From a candidate division FCPU426 bacterium (lineage in GTDB: Bacteria > Oederibacteriota > Muellerivitia > Muellerivitales > Muellerivitaceae): 64,000 bases of DNA. The position numbers were made by a program, and so were the translations under genes. The DNA is taken from NCBI GenBank assembly GCA_963771075.1, contig CAVYSE010000007.1:160001-224000 (forward strand). Reading direction: 5' to 3'. Within the stretch, counting starts at the first letter, position 1. Every line of letters begins with the position of its first letter. Shown in pieces: positions 30,889-40,398 of this stretch. The notes below the pieces were generated by a model. The model saw only the letters and a program-made list of their open reading frames with translations, searched no databases and had not been told where the DNA came from.

Positions 30889-32421
30889 TTGTTTATACAG
30901 CCTAGGGTCATTTTGACGTGTCTCTTTATTATTTCAGTTTCCCCTTCCCAAGCCCAAGTCACTGCCGATCCCTTCCAACCGTTCCAAGAGGGTGAAGTCA
31001 TCGACTTCCCCGGGGCAGGGCAATACTTAGGTGATCTTCCACCGGATATTCAAAGGCTTTCGACCGATCGGGAGTATGAAAGCCTTCAGGGCGCAGGCGC
31101 TGGTCTTCCAGGGTGGGATTTTTCAAATCCCGGCCTCAGCGGCGGATTTTATAGCCGGTCTCCTGGGCTCGTTTTTGAAAACATCCCGAACCCTTTCGGC
31201 GCCTCTCCTTATTTAAACCATTTGGCGGGCGGGCTTACAGCCGATTGGTTCGCCCTACCTTCTGCCGCTTGGTGGGGCCCCGCCGCGGCAGGGGGGGCGA
31301 TCATCCTCCGCCCTGGTCTTTCCTCGGACGGTGTTTCAACGTTTTTCTCGACCGGAATAGCCGGCAACCTGAATGAAAACCTATATTTGAAGATCGCCGA
31401 CAAGGACGGCTCTTTTACCCTGTTCGGAAAGGATAGCCAATTCTCCGATTTCAACCCTTCGGATAATTCCCGGGGGATTTTGGGGGAAGTGAATATCATT
31501 AAAAATTCTTCATATGTGCTTTCACTCGATGGACTGACATTCGGGAATGATGAAAACCTTTATTGGTCCGTCCTCGCCCCCAGGTTCACTTGGCTGGGCG
31601 GAGATTTCTTTACCTTGGATTTTGAACCCTATTTGGCCTATTCAGGAGAGGGCGGTCAAAATGTTCAGGAAACGGGCGGGATGCTCAATGGCGATTTTAA
31701 TTTGGCGGGATTGGCCCAAAGCCAGTTAGGGATTGGGTTTGTGTCCCAAGATTGGAACCCACAGCCGGTCAATCCCACGATCCAAAAATCCTATCTCCAA
31801 AATTCGGAATGGATTGATCTTATCGGCGTTCTGTTGGCCCAGGCCGCATTTCGTTGCGACTTTATAGGGGATCAAACGTCCCAATTCAGTTGGCTTTCAG
31901 GGTTGAAGTTTGTTCAGGATAATTGGAACTTCTTCGCGGAGGCTTCAAAATCGGTACAATCCAACGGCGACTTTTTGCAATGGGAAATCGGAACGGCTCA
32001 ACAACAAAACGACATGTGGCGATGGGATTTGGAATATTTGCTATTCGAGGTTCCTTCGGGGGACTCTTCGGGTCTAAGAGGGCATGGGGCCATTTCAATT
32101 CCGGTTTCGAATCAATTAGGGCTGGAACATCTCGTTTTTCACCTCTCTCTTCAGGACGTGTGGAACCCCACGGAGGATTCGAGCTATGACCTGGGCGGAG
32201 AACTCGACCTCGAGTTGAAGGGAAAATCGAAAGTCTGGTGTTTATTTCGCAAGCTGCAGAACGTGGATTGGCTGGGGGAACTGGGCGGGGAATGGCGCAT
32301 CCTTTCTTCCGTCGGCGTTTATGCTTATCTCGACCATCGGCCGAGCGGGGACCTATCCTGGCCGGAAGAAGGCTTTTCGTCCCCCACATTCGTCGGTTTG
32401 GGTTTAAGGGCTGGGTTCTAA
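30889..32421 (+). CDS. Hypothetical outer-membrane beta-barrel protein (possibly degenerate TonB-receptor-like)
   Basis: Signal peptide; plug-like 'WWGPAAAGGAII'; alternating beta pattern; C-terminal Phe (GLRAGF). Confidence 0.6.
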   Translation: MFIQPRVILTCLFIISVSPSQAQVTADPFQPFQEGEVIDFPGAGQYLGDLPPDIQRLSTDREYESLQGAGAGLPGWDFSNPGLSGGFYSRSPGLVFENIPNPFGASPYLNHLAGGLTADWFALPSAAWWGPAAAGGAIILRPGLSSDGVSTFFSTGIAGNLNENLYLKIADKDGSFTLFGKDSQFSDFNPSDNSRGILGEVNIIKNSSYVLSLDGLTFGNDENLYWSVLAPRFTWLGGDFFTLDFEPYLAYSGEGGQNVQETGGMLNGDFNLAGLAQSQLGIGFVSQDWNPQPVNPTIQKSYLQNSEWIDLIGVLLAQAAFRCDFIGDQTSQFSWLSGLKFVQDNWNFFAEASKSVQSNGDFLQWEIGTAQQQNDMWRWDLEYLLFEVPSGDSSGLRGHGAISIPVSNQLGLEHLVFHLSLQDVWNPTEDSSYDLGGELDLELKGKSKVWCLFRKLQNVDWLGELGGEWRILSSVGVYAYLDHRPSGDLSWPEEGFSSPTFVGLGLRAGF

Positions 32422-32468
32422 GCCGTCTCTTCTTGACCCCTTCAGGAGACGGGTGGTAGTTTGACAGG

Positions 32469-33404
32469 GTGAAAATTTCATTCTCGCGCCTAAATCCGTA
32501 CCTATTTATATTTTTGTGCCCTTTCACGGGTCTTTTTGCGCAAGGGGCTGGAACCACCGGAGCGGATCTGATGAAAGCGCCGGTCGGCGTTCGGCCAGCC
32601 GCATTAGGCGGGGCCTACGCGGCCTTGGGGGATGATGTTTATGTGATTGGATATAACCCGGCGGGATTGGCGAGAATTTCGAAATATAGCCTTGGAGTGG
32701 ATGATGTCCAAGGGCTCGCCGGAGTGGAAACGGATTCCCTTTCGGTAGCGGTTCCCACCCAAAATTACGGGAACATTGGGGGGCAGCTCATCTACCGCCA
32801 AATGGCAACGATTCAAAACACGCTTGCGACCGATCCGCCTGTCAATGCGAGCGATTACCTTTTAACCATCGCGGATGGGCAGCAGTTTGGCGCGGTGGCG
32901 ATCGGCGGGGCCCTCAAAACGCTTTATTCGCTTCTAGGTGAAAAACAAGCTTTTGTGGAAGCGGTCGATTTGGGGTTTAAAGTTCAATTATTCGAAACGG
33001 ATGTTGCGTTAGTTGCCCAAAATATCGGCCCGGCGGTGCAATATCAGCCGGGCAGCGGGGCGCAGGATCCCCTGCCCATGACCTTTCGCTTGGGTTTGGC
33101 CCGTCCCTTGATCGTCACCCCTTCCTCCACTTTTTTGGCCAGCTTGGAAGGTTTTTACGTCCAGGGGGAAGGAAACCAGGCTTCCTTGGGGGCGGAATAC
33201 TGGCATCGCAGTATTCTGGCTATCCGGGTAGGCTATCGGTTTAGCGACCCGGGAAATTTAAACGGCGGTTTTTCGGCAGGATTGGGTCTTCGGTACAACC
33301 TGGGTAAATTGGAATATGAGTTGGGGTACACTTGGCGGCCCTCCCAAATCAGCTCAACCTTTATATCCAGCACCAATTTGTTCGGTATCCTCTTCTGGTA
33401 TTGA
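32469..33404 (+). CDS. PorV/PorQ-family outer-membrane barrel
   Basis: GVRPAALGGAYAALGDDVYVIGYNPAGL; QNIG; LPMTFRLG; GAEYW...RVGY. Confidence 0.8.
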   Translation: MKISFSRLNPYLFIFLCPFTGLFAQGAGTTGADLMKAPVGVRPAALGGAYAALGDDVYVIGYNPAGLARISKYSLGVDDVQGLAGVETDSLSVAVPTQNYGNIGGQLIYRQMATIQNTLATDPPVNASDYLLTIADGQQFGAVAIGGALKTLYSLLGEKQAFVEAVDLGFKVQLFETDVALVAQNIGPAVQYQPGSGAQDPLPMTFRLGLARPLIVTPSSTFLASLEGFYVQGEGNQASLGAEYWHRSILAIRVGYRFSDPGNLNGGFSAGLGLRYNLGKLEYELGYTWRPSQISSTFISSTNLFGILFWY

Positions 33405-33416
33405 ACTGACAAAAGC

Positions 33417-33445
33417 TTGACAACCGTTTATCCCATGAATAAACT
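33417..33445 (+). promoter_or_regulatory. sigma70 promoter of rplU-rpmA
   Basis: TTGACA-17 bp-TAAACT. Confidence 0.7.
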
Positions 33446-33493
33446 CTGTTTTCTTTGGTTCTGGGTGAGAGCCACATTTTGAGGAGGTTTTGA

Positions 33494-33808
33494 ATGTACG
33501 CCGTCATACAAGCCGGGGGAAAACAATATCGTGTTGCCGAAGGTGACGTGATCAAGGTGAACCGTCTGGAAGGCAACCCCGGGGATGCAGTGGAATTCAG
33601 CCAAGTCCTTCTCTTAGAAGAAAATGGGAAATTGCGCGTGAAGAAGAGGGAAGTTGAAAATGCGAAAGTAAAAGGAAAAATTACCACCCATTCCCAAGGG
33701 AAAAAAATAAGGGTTTTCCGTTACACTCGCCGGAAAAACACGATGAAAACGAAGGGATCCCGTCCCAAGTTTTCATCCGTCACCATTGAGAAAATCATTC
33801 AGGTTTAG
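33494..33808 (+). CDS. rplU: 50S ribosomal protein L21
   Basis: [14 protein letters not shown]. Confidence 0.97.
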   Translation: MYAVIQAGGKQYRVAEGDVIKVNRLEGNPGDAVEFSQVLLLEENGKLRVKKREVENAKVKGKITTHSQGKKIRVFRYTRRKNTMKTKGSRPKFSSVTIEKIIQV

Positions 33809-33825
33809 TTGAAAGGGAGAGGATC

Positions 33826-34086
33826 ATGGGTCAGCATAAAGCGGGTGGTTCCACCCGAAATGGCAGGGACAGCAACAGCCAGCGGCTGGGCATCAAGGCT
33901 CATGGCGGCAATTACGTAAGCGCGGGGAGTATCCTGGTTCGCCAGAGGGGACTGCGCTACAAACCGGGGCTGAACGTGGGCGTTGGCAAGGACGATACGC
34001 TTTTTGCCAAGATTTCGGGTCATGTCGCTTTTCGGGAATTCCGGGGCGGCACCAAAAAGGTTAGCATCGTTCCACAGATGGCCTGA
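33826..34086 (+). CDS. rpmA: 50S ribosomal protein L27
   Basis: [28 protein letters not shown]. Confidence 0.97.
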   Translation: MGQHKAGGSTRNGRDSNSQRLGIKAHGGNYVSAGSILVRQRGLRYKPGLNVGVGKDDTLFAKISGHVAFREFRGGTKKVSIVPQMA

Positions 34087-34098
34087 GGCAACAGTCTG

Positions 34099-34130
34099 AA
34101 AAACCCCGTCCTCATGGGCGGGGTTTTTTT
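34099..34130 (+). terminator. Intrinsic terminator after rpmA
   Basis: aaaaaccccgtcc-tcat-gggcggggttttttt. Confidence 0.85.
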
Positions 34131-34168
34131 ATTTGGGGACAAATAAATCCTATCCGGAGTCGTTTTTC

Positions 34169-35458
34169 ATGATCGTGGATGAAGCCGTCATTACCGTCGA
34201 AGCCGGGCAGGGTGGCAATGGCTGCTCCAGTTTTCGACGGGAAAAGTACATCCCTCGCGGGGGACCGGACGGGGGAAATGGCGGGAGAGGGGGAGATGTC
34301 CTGCTGGAAGCGCGGCTGGACACCCGTACCCTTGTTGATTTCATTTACCGCCCTCTCTATCGGGCCAAACACGGCGAACATGGCAAGGGCAAGAACATGC
34401 ACGGAAGGGCCGCGGACCCCGTGGTCGTTCCCGTTCCCGTTGGGACCGTGGTGTGGTCCGCGGAAAACGAATTGATCGCCGACATGAGCGAAAACGGAAA
34501 GAAATTGATCATCGCCAAAGGCGGGCGAGGCGGAAGAGGAAACACGACTTTTGCGACCGCCACCCAAAAAGCGCCCCGCTTGGCGGAAAACGGGGAGCCG
34601 GGTGAAGTCAAGGTTCTCCGGCTTGAGTTAAAACTCATCGCCGATGCCGGATTTCTGGGTTATCCAAACGCGGGTAAATCGACTTTACTTTCCAGGGTAT
34701 CCAAGGCAAGGCCCAAAATTGCCGACTATCCCTTTACCACCCTGGAGCCTCAATTGGGAGTCGTCAATTTATCGGGCAACCGTCATATGGTCCTGGCGGA
34801 TGTTCCTGGTTTGATTGAAGGCGCCAGCCAGGGGAAGGGGCTGGGAATCAAATTCCTCCGCCATTTGGAAAGAACCCGAATCCTGCTTCACTTGGTGGAT
34901 GTAACCAATATCCAGGATTTTCGTGAACTCAACCGGCAAATCAAATCCATCAACCAGGAACTTTTTAACCATAGCCCTCGTTTTAAGAAAACTCCCCAAA
35001 TCATCGTCTTTACCAAATTGGATGCGATCGCGGATCGAACCAAGCTTCACCGTTGGGCCCAAAGGTTGGAGAAAAAAAACCCTGTTTTTTTGATATCCGC
35101 CGTGTCGGGCGAGGGTTTAGAAGGGCTTATGGAGGAAACCTGGAAAAAAATCCAAAGCCCATTGCCGGTGGATGAAAAATCCGAGAATTCAGAAGTAAAA
35201 TATGAGGTGAAGCCCCGGTTCAAGATCTGGAAAGAAGATGATGGCTTTCACGTGACGGGCACTGAAGTGGAAAAGTGGGTGGTGATGACCCGGTTTGAAA
35301 GCCGTGACGCCCTGGAGCGGTTTCAGAAAATATTGGTACGATTAGGCGTGATTCATGAGCTGAATCGGCTGGGCGCAAAACCTGGGGATACGGTCTGTTT
35401 AGGCAATAAAGAATTAATTTATGAATCCGATCGGTTGGAGTCCTCGAGTGAAAAGTAA
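34169..35458 (+). CDS. obgE: GTPase ObgE/CgtA with C-terminal DUF1967-like domain
   Basis: GGPDGGNGGRGG, GYPNAGKST, YPFTT, DVPGLIEGA. Confidence 0.97.
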   Translation: MIVDEAVITVEAGQGGNGCSSFRREKYIPRGGPDGGNGGRGGDVLLEARLDTRTLVDFIYRPLYRAKHGEHGKGKNMHGRAADPVVVPVPVGTVVWSAENELIADMSENGKKLIIAKGGRGGRGNTTFATATQKAPRLAENGEPGEVKVLRLELKLIADAGFLGYPNAGKSTLLSRVSKARPKIADYPFTTLEPQLGVVNLSGNRHMVLADVPGLIEGASQGKGLGIKFLRHLERTRILLHLVDVTNIQDFRELNRQIKSINQELFNHSPRFKKTPQIIVFTKLDAIADRTKLHRWAQRLEKKNPVFLISAVSGEGLEGLMEETWKKIQSPLPVDEKSENSEVKYEVKPRFKIWKEDDGFHVTGTEVEKWVVMTRFESRDALERFQKILVRLGVIHELNRLGAKPGDTVCLGNKELIYESDRLESSSEK

Positions 35459-36581
35459 ACTGAGAGAAATCCCCAAACTGAAAAGAGTTGTGGTGAAAGT
35501 GGGAAGCAGTTTGTTGACCGAGGGGAAAAAGAAAGGCATTCAGAAGCCTTTTTTAAACGCTTTGGCAGGTCAAATCAGTCATCTTCAAGGGAAAGGCGTG
35601 GACGTCATCGTGGTGACGTCCGGCGCGGTTGCCTTGGGCATGCATGAATTGGGCATCCCAAAACGCCCCAAAGAGATTCCCCAATTACAGGCCCTCGCCG
35701 CGGTCGGGCAATGCAACCTCATGCAGTCCTATGAAACGACATTCAAGAAATACAAGCTTAAGGTGGCCCAAATACTTTTAACGCAGGAAGATTTATCGGA
35801 CCGGGTTCGGTATACCAATGCCCACAACACATTCATGGAATTACTCAGCCATCATATTGTTCCTGTCGTGAACGAGAATGATACGGTGGCGGTGGAAGAA
35901 ATCAAATTCGGCGATAATGACACCCTTTCCATGTTGGTCACCCATTGGACCGAATCGGATCTTTTGATTATTTTGACCGATCAGGATGGTTTTTTTGAGG
36001 AAGATCCGGGGAAAAACCCCGACGCCCAAATGATTTCCGAGGTCAAGACCTGGGACAAACGGTATGAACAAAGCGCGACCGGAAGCCAATCGGGCGTCGG
36101 GACCGGCGGGATGGCCACTAAAATCAGGGTGGCTAAAAACATGATGGTTTCAGGCGTGCCCATGGTCATTGGAAATGGAAGGGATCATGAATTCATCAAC
36201 AAGGTTTGCGCCGGAATGAATGTCGGTACCTATTTCTACCCCAGTTCCAACAAGATGAATAGCCGGAAAAGGTGGCTGGCCTGGAGCTTACGAACCAAAG
36301 GGGAAGTGGGTGTGGATGAGGGCGCCGCCAAGGCCTTAACGGAAAAAAACAGAAGTCTGCTGCCATCGGGCATCAAATCGATCGAAGGGGTTTGGAAAAA
36401 GGGTGAATTGATCAAAATTGTGAACCCCAAGGGGTTGGAAATCGCGAAAGGTTTGTGTAATTTTGATTCGGCTCAATTAAGCCAAATACTTGGTTTGAGG
36501 ACAGAGGATATCAGGGAAAAACTGGGACCTAACTCGCCCGAGGAGGCGGTCCACAAGGATAATTTGGTATCTTTGCTTTAG
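35448..36581 (+). CDS. proB: Glutamate 5-kinase with PUA domain
   Basis: VVKVGSS, NENDTV, FGDNDTL, GTGGMATK. Confidence 0.96.
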   Translation: MKSKLREIPKLKRVVVKVGSSLLTEGKKKGIQKPFLNALAGQISHLQGKGVDVIVVTSGAVALGMHELGIPKRPKEIPQLQALAAVGQCNLMQSYETTFKKYKLKVAQILLTQEDLSDRVRYTNAHNTFMELLSHHIVPVVNENDTVAVEEIKFGDNDTLSMLVTHWTESDLLIILTDQDGFFEEDPGKNPDAQMISEVKTWDKRYEQSATGSQSGVGTGGMATKIRVAKNMMVSGVPMVIGNGRDHEFINKVCAGMNVGTYFYPSSNKMNSRKRWLAWSLRTKGEVGVDEGAAKALTEKNRSLLPSGIKSIEGVWKKGELIKIVNPKGLEIAKGLCNFDSAQLSQILGLRTEDIREKLGPNSPEEAVHKDNLVSLL

Positions 36582-36690
36582 AATAGGGTCAATTCCTAAT
36601 AAAATAATGGTCTTTCATGTTAAAATATTTGTCTGCCAGATTAGGCTGATACCCTGAATTTTATTTGTCGAACTCACGGAGTTAATTTAA

Positions 36691-37257
36691 GTGGCAAAAA
36701 AAAATTATTACGAAATATTTAAAATATATCCGCCCATTGACCTGCAACACTTGCAGGACACTTATAAACAGCTCATTTTTGAGCACCATCCCGATACCAA
36801 TCCAGGCAGGATGGAATGGGCGATTGAAAAGACGATGGAAATAGTTGAAGCATATAATGTATTGAGTGACCCGTTAAAACGTGAAATTTATAATTTCCAA
36901 GTGCGAAATGACATCCGCAAGGATTTGGGGGAATTTATAGGGTTAAAAAAGGGCCTTTTAAACCTCATGAAATCAAAAGATGAAACCGAGGCGGAAGGTC
37001 ATTTTCGAAAAGGGATCGAGTTTTTCGAGGATAAAGACAATTGGAATCAGGCCCAGCACGAATGGGTCACCTGTATCCGGCTTATTCCGGGGTTTATTAA
37101 CGCCCATTTCAACCTTGGAATTCTTTACGGCTATCAAGGGAATTTCAAGGATTCCATGGCTTGTTTTGAGCGGTTAATTAAATATAACGCCAATGATAGT
37201 GAAGCCAAAAAGATATTAAGTATGGCCATGGGTTACGTTTATGGCAAGAAATCGTAG
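36691..37257 (+). CDS. J-domain co-chaperone with C-terminal TPRs
   Basis: NYYEI...HHPD...EAYNVLSDP..R..Y J-domain; AHFNLG TPR. Confidence 0.85.
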   Translation: MAKKNYYEIFKIYPPIDLQHLQDTYKQLIFEHHPDTNPGRMEWAIEKTMEIVEAYNVLSDPLKREIYNFQVRNDIRKDLGEFIGLKKGLLNLMKSKDETEAEGHFRKGIEFFEDKDNWNQAQHEWVTCIRLIPGFINAHFNLGILYGYQGNFKDSMACFERLIKYNANDSEAKKILSMAMGYVYGKKS

Positions 37258-37271
37258 GGTAAGGAAGGGTT

Positions 37272-39032
37272 ATGCCTGAACGCGTCGCTGCCGTTGCCAT
37301 TGGCATTGATTTGGGAACAACCAATTCTTGCGTCGCTTTCCTGAAAAGCGGCGAACCCACGGTTATTCCAAATTCAGACGGTTATCGGACCACTCCCTCC
37401 GTGGTCGCGTTGACCGCGCAAGGGGATTGGCTGGTGGGCTTGGACGCCAAACACCAGGCCTTTACCAACCCGCGCGGCACCGTCTCCTCCATCAAACGTT
37501 TCATTGGCCGGAAAATATCGGACGAGGACGTCAAGAAGGACCAAACCCTCGTTTCCTACGAATTAAGCGGATCGGAAAATGACGATATCCGCGTCCAGCT
37601 GGACAACAAATTAAAATCCCCCGAAGAAATTTCGGCGATCATCCTCCAAAAAATCAAACAAGACGTAGAGAAGAGATTGGGTGAGAAGGTGAACCAGGCG
37701 GTTATTACGGTTCCTGCGTATTTCAATGATTCCCAACGGCAAGCGACCAAAGACGCCGGCAAGATCGCCGGGTTTGAGGTTTTGAGGATCATCAACGAAC
37801 CGACCGCGGCGGCCCTTTCCTATGATTTTGACACGAAAAAGAACCAGAAAATTGCGGTCTATGATCTTGGCGGCGGAACGCTTGATGTGACCATTCTGGA
37901 GCTCCTGAACGGCTTGTATCGGGTTCTATCGACCTGCGGGGATACCCATTTAGGGGGAGATGATTTTGACCAGAGTGTGATGGAATGGGTCCTGGCAAAA
38001 TTTCAAACCGAGACGGGTTTGAACTTGCGGGAAGATCCGGTTGCGGTTCAAAGGCTTCGGGAAGCGTCCGAAAAAGCGAAATGCGACCTTTCCACCAACG
38101 CCCAAACGGAAATTAACCTGCCTTTTATCGCGAAAAAGGATGGGATCCCTCTCAACCTTTCCTACAGCATTACCCGGGAAGCGTTTGAGGAACTAGTGGC
38201 CCCCCTGGTCGAAAGAAGCTTTGAGCCTTGCCGTAAGGCTTTGAAAGACGCCAATTTAGCCCCGGTGGATTTAAACGAGGTGATTTTAGTCGGGGGCATG
38301 ACGCGTATGCCCAAGGTTCGTGAAAAAGTTAAAGCCTTTTTCAACCGCGAACCGAATACCAAGGTCAACCCGGATGAAGCCGTGGCTTTGGGAGCCTCCA
38401 TTCAAGCTGGGATCATTAATGGAAACGTGAAAAACGCGTTGTTGTTGGATGTGACGCCTCTATCCCTAGGGGTGGAGACCTTGGGCGGGACTTTCAGCGT
38501 GATTATTCCAAGAAATACGACTGTTCCCACGAAAATGAGCAAACTGTATTCCACGGTTAAGGACATGCAAACCTCGGTTAACGTGAAGGTTTTACAAGGC
38601 GAGTCCAAAATCGCGTCCAATAACAAAACATTGGGGTTCTTTTCGTTTCTCGGGATTCCACCCGCGGTCGCGGGAGTGGCCCAGGTTGAGGTTACCTTCG
38701 CCATCGACGCGAACGGGATCGTCAATGTAACCGCTAAAAACGTCGCTTCAGGCCAAACCCAGCAGATGAAAGTCTCCGCGACCAGCGGTTTGACCCGGGA
38801 TGAATTGGACCGGCTTATTCAAGCGGCCAAAGGGCGGGTCATTAGCTCGACTGAAATTCCCGAGGTACCCAAAGAAGCACCTGTCCCCGGTAAACCGGCC
38901 GCTGAAAAGCCGAAAAAACAGGCGGACGCGCCCGCGCCTTCGCCTAACGCGGCGCCGGTTCCCGGAGAGACGGACAATGAATTTTTGACCGGTGACATGA
39001 TCAATTCTTTTCTTAAGGACATGGGAGAGTGA
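37272..39032 (+). CDS. Hsp70/DnaK-family chaperone paralog with truncated lid
   Basis: [52 protein letters not shown]; alpha-helical lid ends after helix A. Confidence 0.92.
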   Translation: MPERVAAVAIGIDLGTTNSCVAFLKSGEPTVIPNSDGYRTTPSVVALTAQGDWLVGLDAKHQAFTNPRGTVSSIKRFIGRKISDEDVKKDQTLVSYELSGSENDDIRVQLDNKLKSPEEISAIILQKIKQDVEKRLGEKVNQAVITVPAYFNDSQRQATKDAGKIAGFEVLRIINEPTAAALSYDFDTKKNQKIAVYDLGGGTLDVTILELLNGLYRVLSTCGDTHLGGDDFDQSVMEWVLAKFQTETGLNLREDPVAVQRLREASEKAKCDLSTNAQTEINLPFIAKKDGIPLNLSYSITREAFEELVAPLVERSFEPCRKALKDANLAPVDLNEVILVGGMTRMPKVREKVKAFFNREPNTKVNPDEAVALGASIQAGIINGNVKNALLLDVTPLSLGVETLGGTFSVIIPRNTTVPTKMSKLYSTVKDMQTSVNVKVLQGESKIASNNKTLGFFSFLGIPPAVAGVAQVEVTFAIDANGIVNVTAKNVASGQTQQMKVSATSGLTRDELDRLIQAAKGRVISSTEIPEVPKEAPVPGKPAAEKPKKQADAPAPSPNAAPVPGETDNEFLTGDMINSFLKDMGE

Positions 39033-39661
39033 ACGGAATTAAAACAGTCGCCCTTTTCGGGGGCACTTTTAACCCCATCCACTTTGGACATTTGATTGTC
39101 GCGGAAGAAATAAGATCCAAATACAACATGGACAAAATCATCTTTGTCCCATCCCACCTGCCGCCGCATAAAGATCCCACGGATTTAATCGATGGGAAAA
39201 AAAGATCGATCATGCTCCACCTGGCGACGGTTGGTAATCCCTGCTTTGAGGTATCCGATTACGAGATTAATCGGGGAGGGAAGTCCTATTCCATCGATAC
39301 GGTCCGTTATTTTTCCCAGCTTTACGGCGAAGATACCCAGCTTTATTTCATCGTGGGAGCCGATCTATTGACGGAGATATCGAGCTGGAAAAACATCGAG
39401 GGGCTTTTAAAGCTGTGCCGATTTATCTCAGTGCCGAGACCCGGGTACGATACGGATAAGATTTTCAATTACAAAATGCTGGGCTCCTCGGCCGACTCCA
39501 TGGACGCGGATATTATCAATAACGTGATCATTGAAAATATTACGACTTCCGACATTAGCTCCACTTCCATTCGGCAAAAGGTACGGGAATGGAAGAGCAT
39601 CAAATATTTAGTGCCCGAACCGGTTGAGCATTACATTCACAACCAAAAATTGTATCTTTAG
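39029..39661 (+). CDS. nadD: Nicotinate-nucleotide adenylyltransferase
   Basis: FGGTFNPIHFGH, PPHK, FIVGAD, ISSTSIR. Confidence 0.96.
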   Translation: MNGIKTVALFGGTFNPIHFGHLIVAEEIRSKYNMDKIIFVPSHLPPHKDPTDLIDGKKRSIMLHLATVGNPCFEVSDYEINRGGKSYSIDTVRYFSQLYGEDTQLYFIVGADLLTEISSWKNIEGLLKLCRFISVPRPGYDTDKIFNYKMLGSSADSMDADIINNVIIENITTSDISSTSIRQKVREWKSIKYLVPEPVEHYIHNQKLYL

Positions 39662-39671
39662 GATAAAACCT

Positions 39672-39941
39672 TTGAATTTAATCAATTTTATGGAAGAAGC
39701 CGTCCTGAAAACCCTCGATGAAATGTTATCCGAACCGTCTTATTCGGATTTTAAACCCTCCGAAAAAGAGAAGCTGGATGTCATGGCGATCACTTTAAAC
39801 CGGGTTCCTCCTCGTTATATTGTGTCCGATAGAGGTCATTTATTCTCCCGCGTGGAAGAACTACGCCAACAGTTTAAAACGGATTTGTTGGTGGAATTGA
39901 CACGCGCCATTGAACAGGTCAGAAAGAATCCACGGGGTTAA
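39672..39941 (+). CDS. ComFB-family protein
   Basis: LINFMEEAV...DVMAITLNRVPPRY...V..NP, the ComFB pattern; TTG start inferred. Confidence 0.75.
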   Translation: MNLINFMEEAVLKTLDEMLSEPSYSDFKPSEKEKLDVMAITLNRVPPRYIVSDRGHLFSRVEELRQQFKTDLLVELTRAIEQVRKNPRG

Positions 39942-39942
39942 A

Positions 39943-40290
39943 TTGCAAACTGAACAAAACATCCTTTTAAAAACGATTGTTGAGGCGATAGGGAACAAAA
40001 AGGGTTTCGACATAAAAAAAATGCATGTGAAAGACCTGGTGAACTACGCGGATTATTTGATTTTATGCTCCGGAGCCTCGGACCCGCAGGTCAGGGCAAT
40101 CGCGGATGAAATAGAATCGAAGGTAAAAGAATCGACAGGCTCGCGGCCGATCTTGAACAGAAAAGACATCAATTGGTATGTGTTGGATTATATCGATGTC
40201 GTTGTTCACATTTTCAAGCCGGAATCAAGAACTTATTACGATCTTGATACTCTTTGGATCGATGCCCCGCAGGAAAAAATGAACGTTTGA
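39943..40290 (+). CDS. rsfS: Ribosome silencing factor
   Basis: KKGFDI, ADYLILCSG...QVRAIAD, WYVLDYIDVVVHIF...RTYYDL..LW. Confidence 0.93.
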   Translation: MQTEQNILLKTIVEAIGNKKGFDIKKMHVKDLVNYADYLILCSGASDPQVRAIADEIESKVKESTGSRPILNRKDINWYVLDYIDVVVHIFKPESRTYYDLDTLWIDAPQEKMNV

Positions 40291-40398
40291 AAAGTGGTTT
40301 GTGGTAGAAAAAATAAATATTTCTCACCGTTCGTTTACCGCCACGACCTTAACCCACGCCTCTTACTACAGTGACCTAATTTCCTAACATGACCTTGT

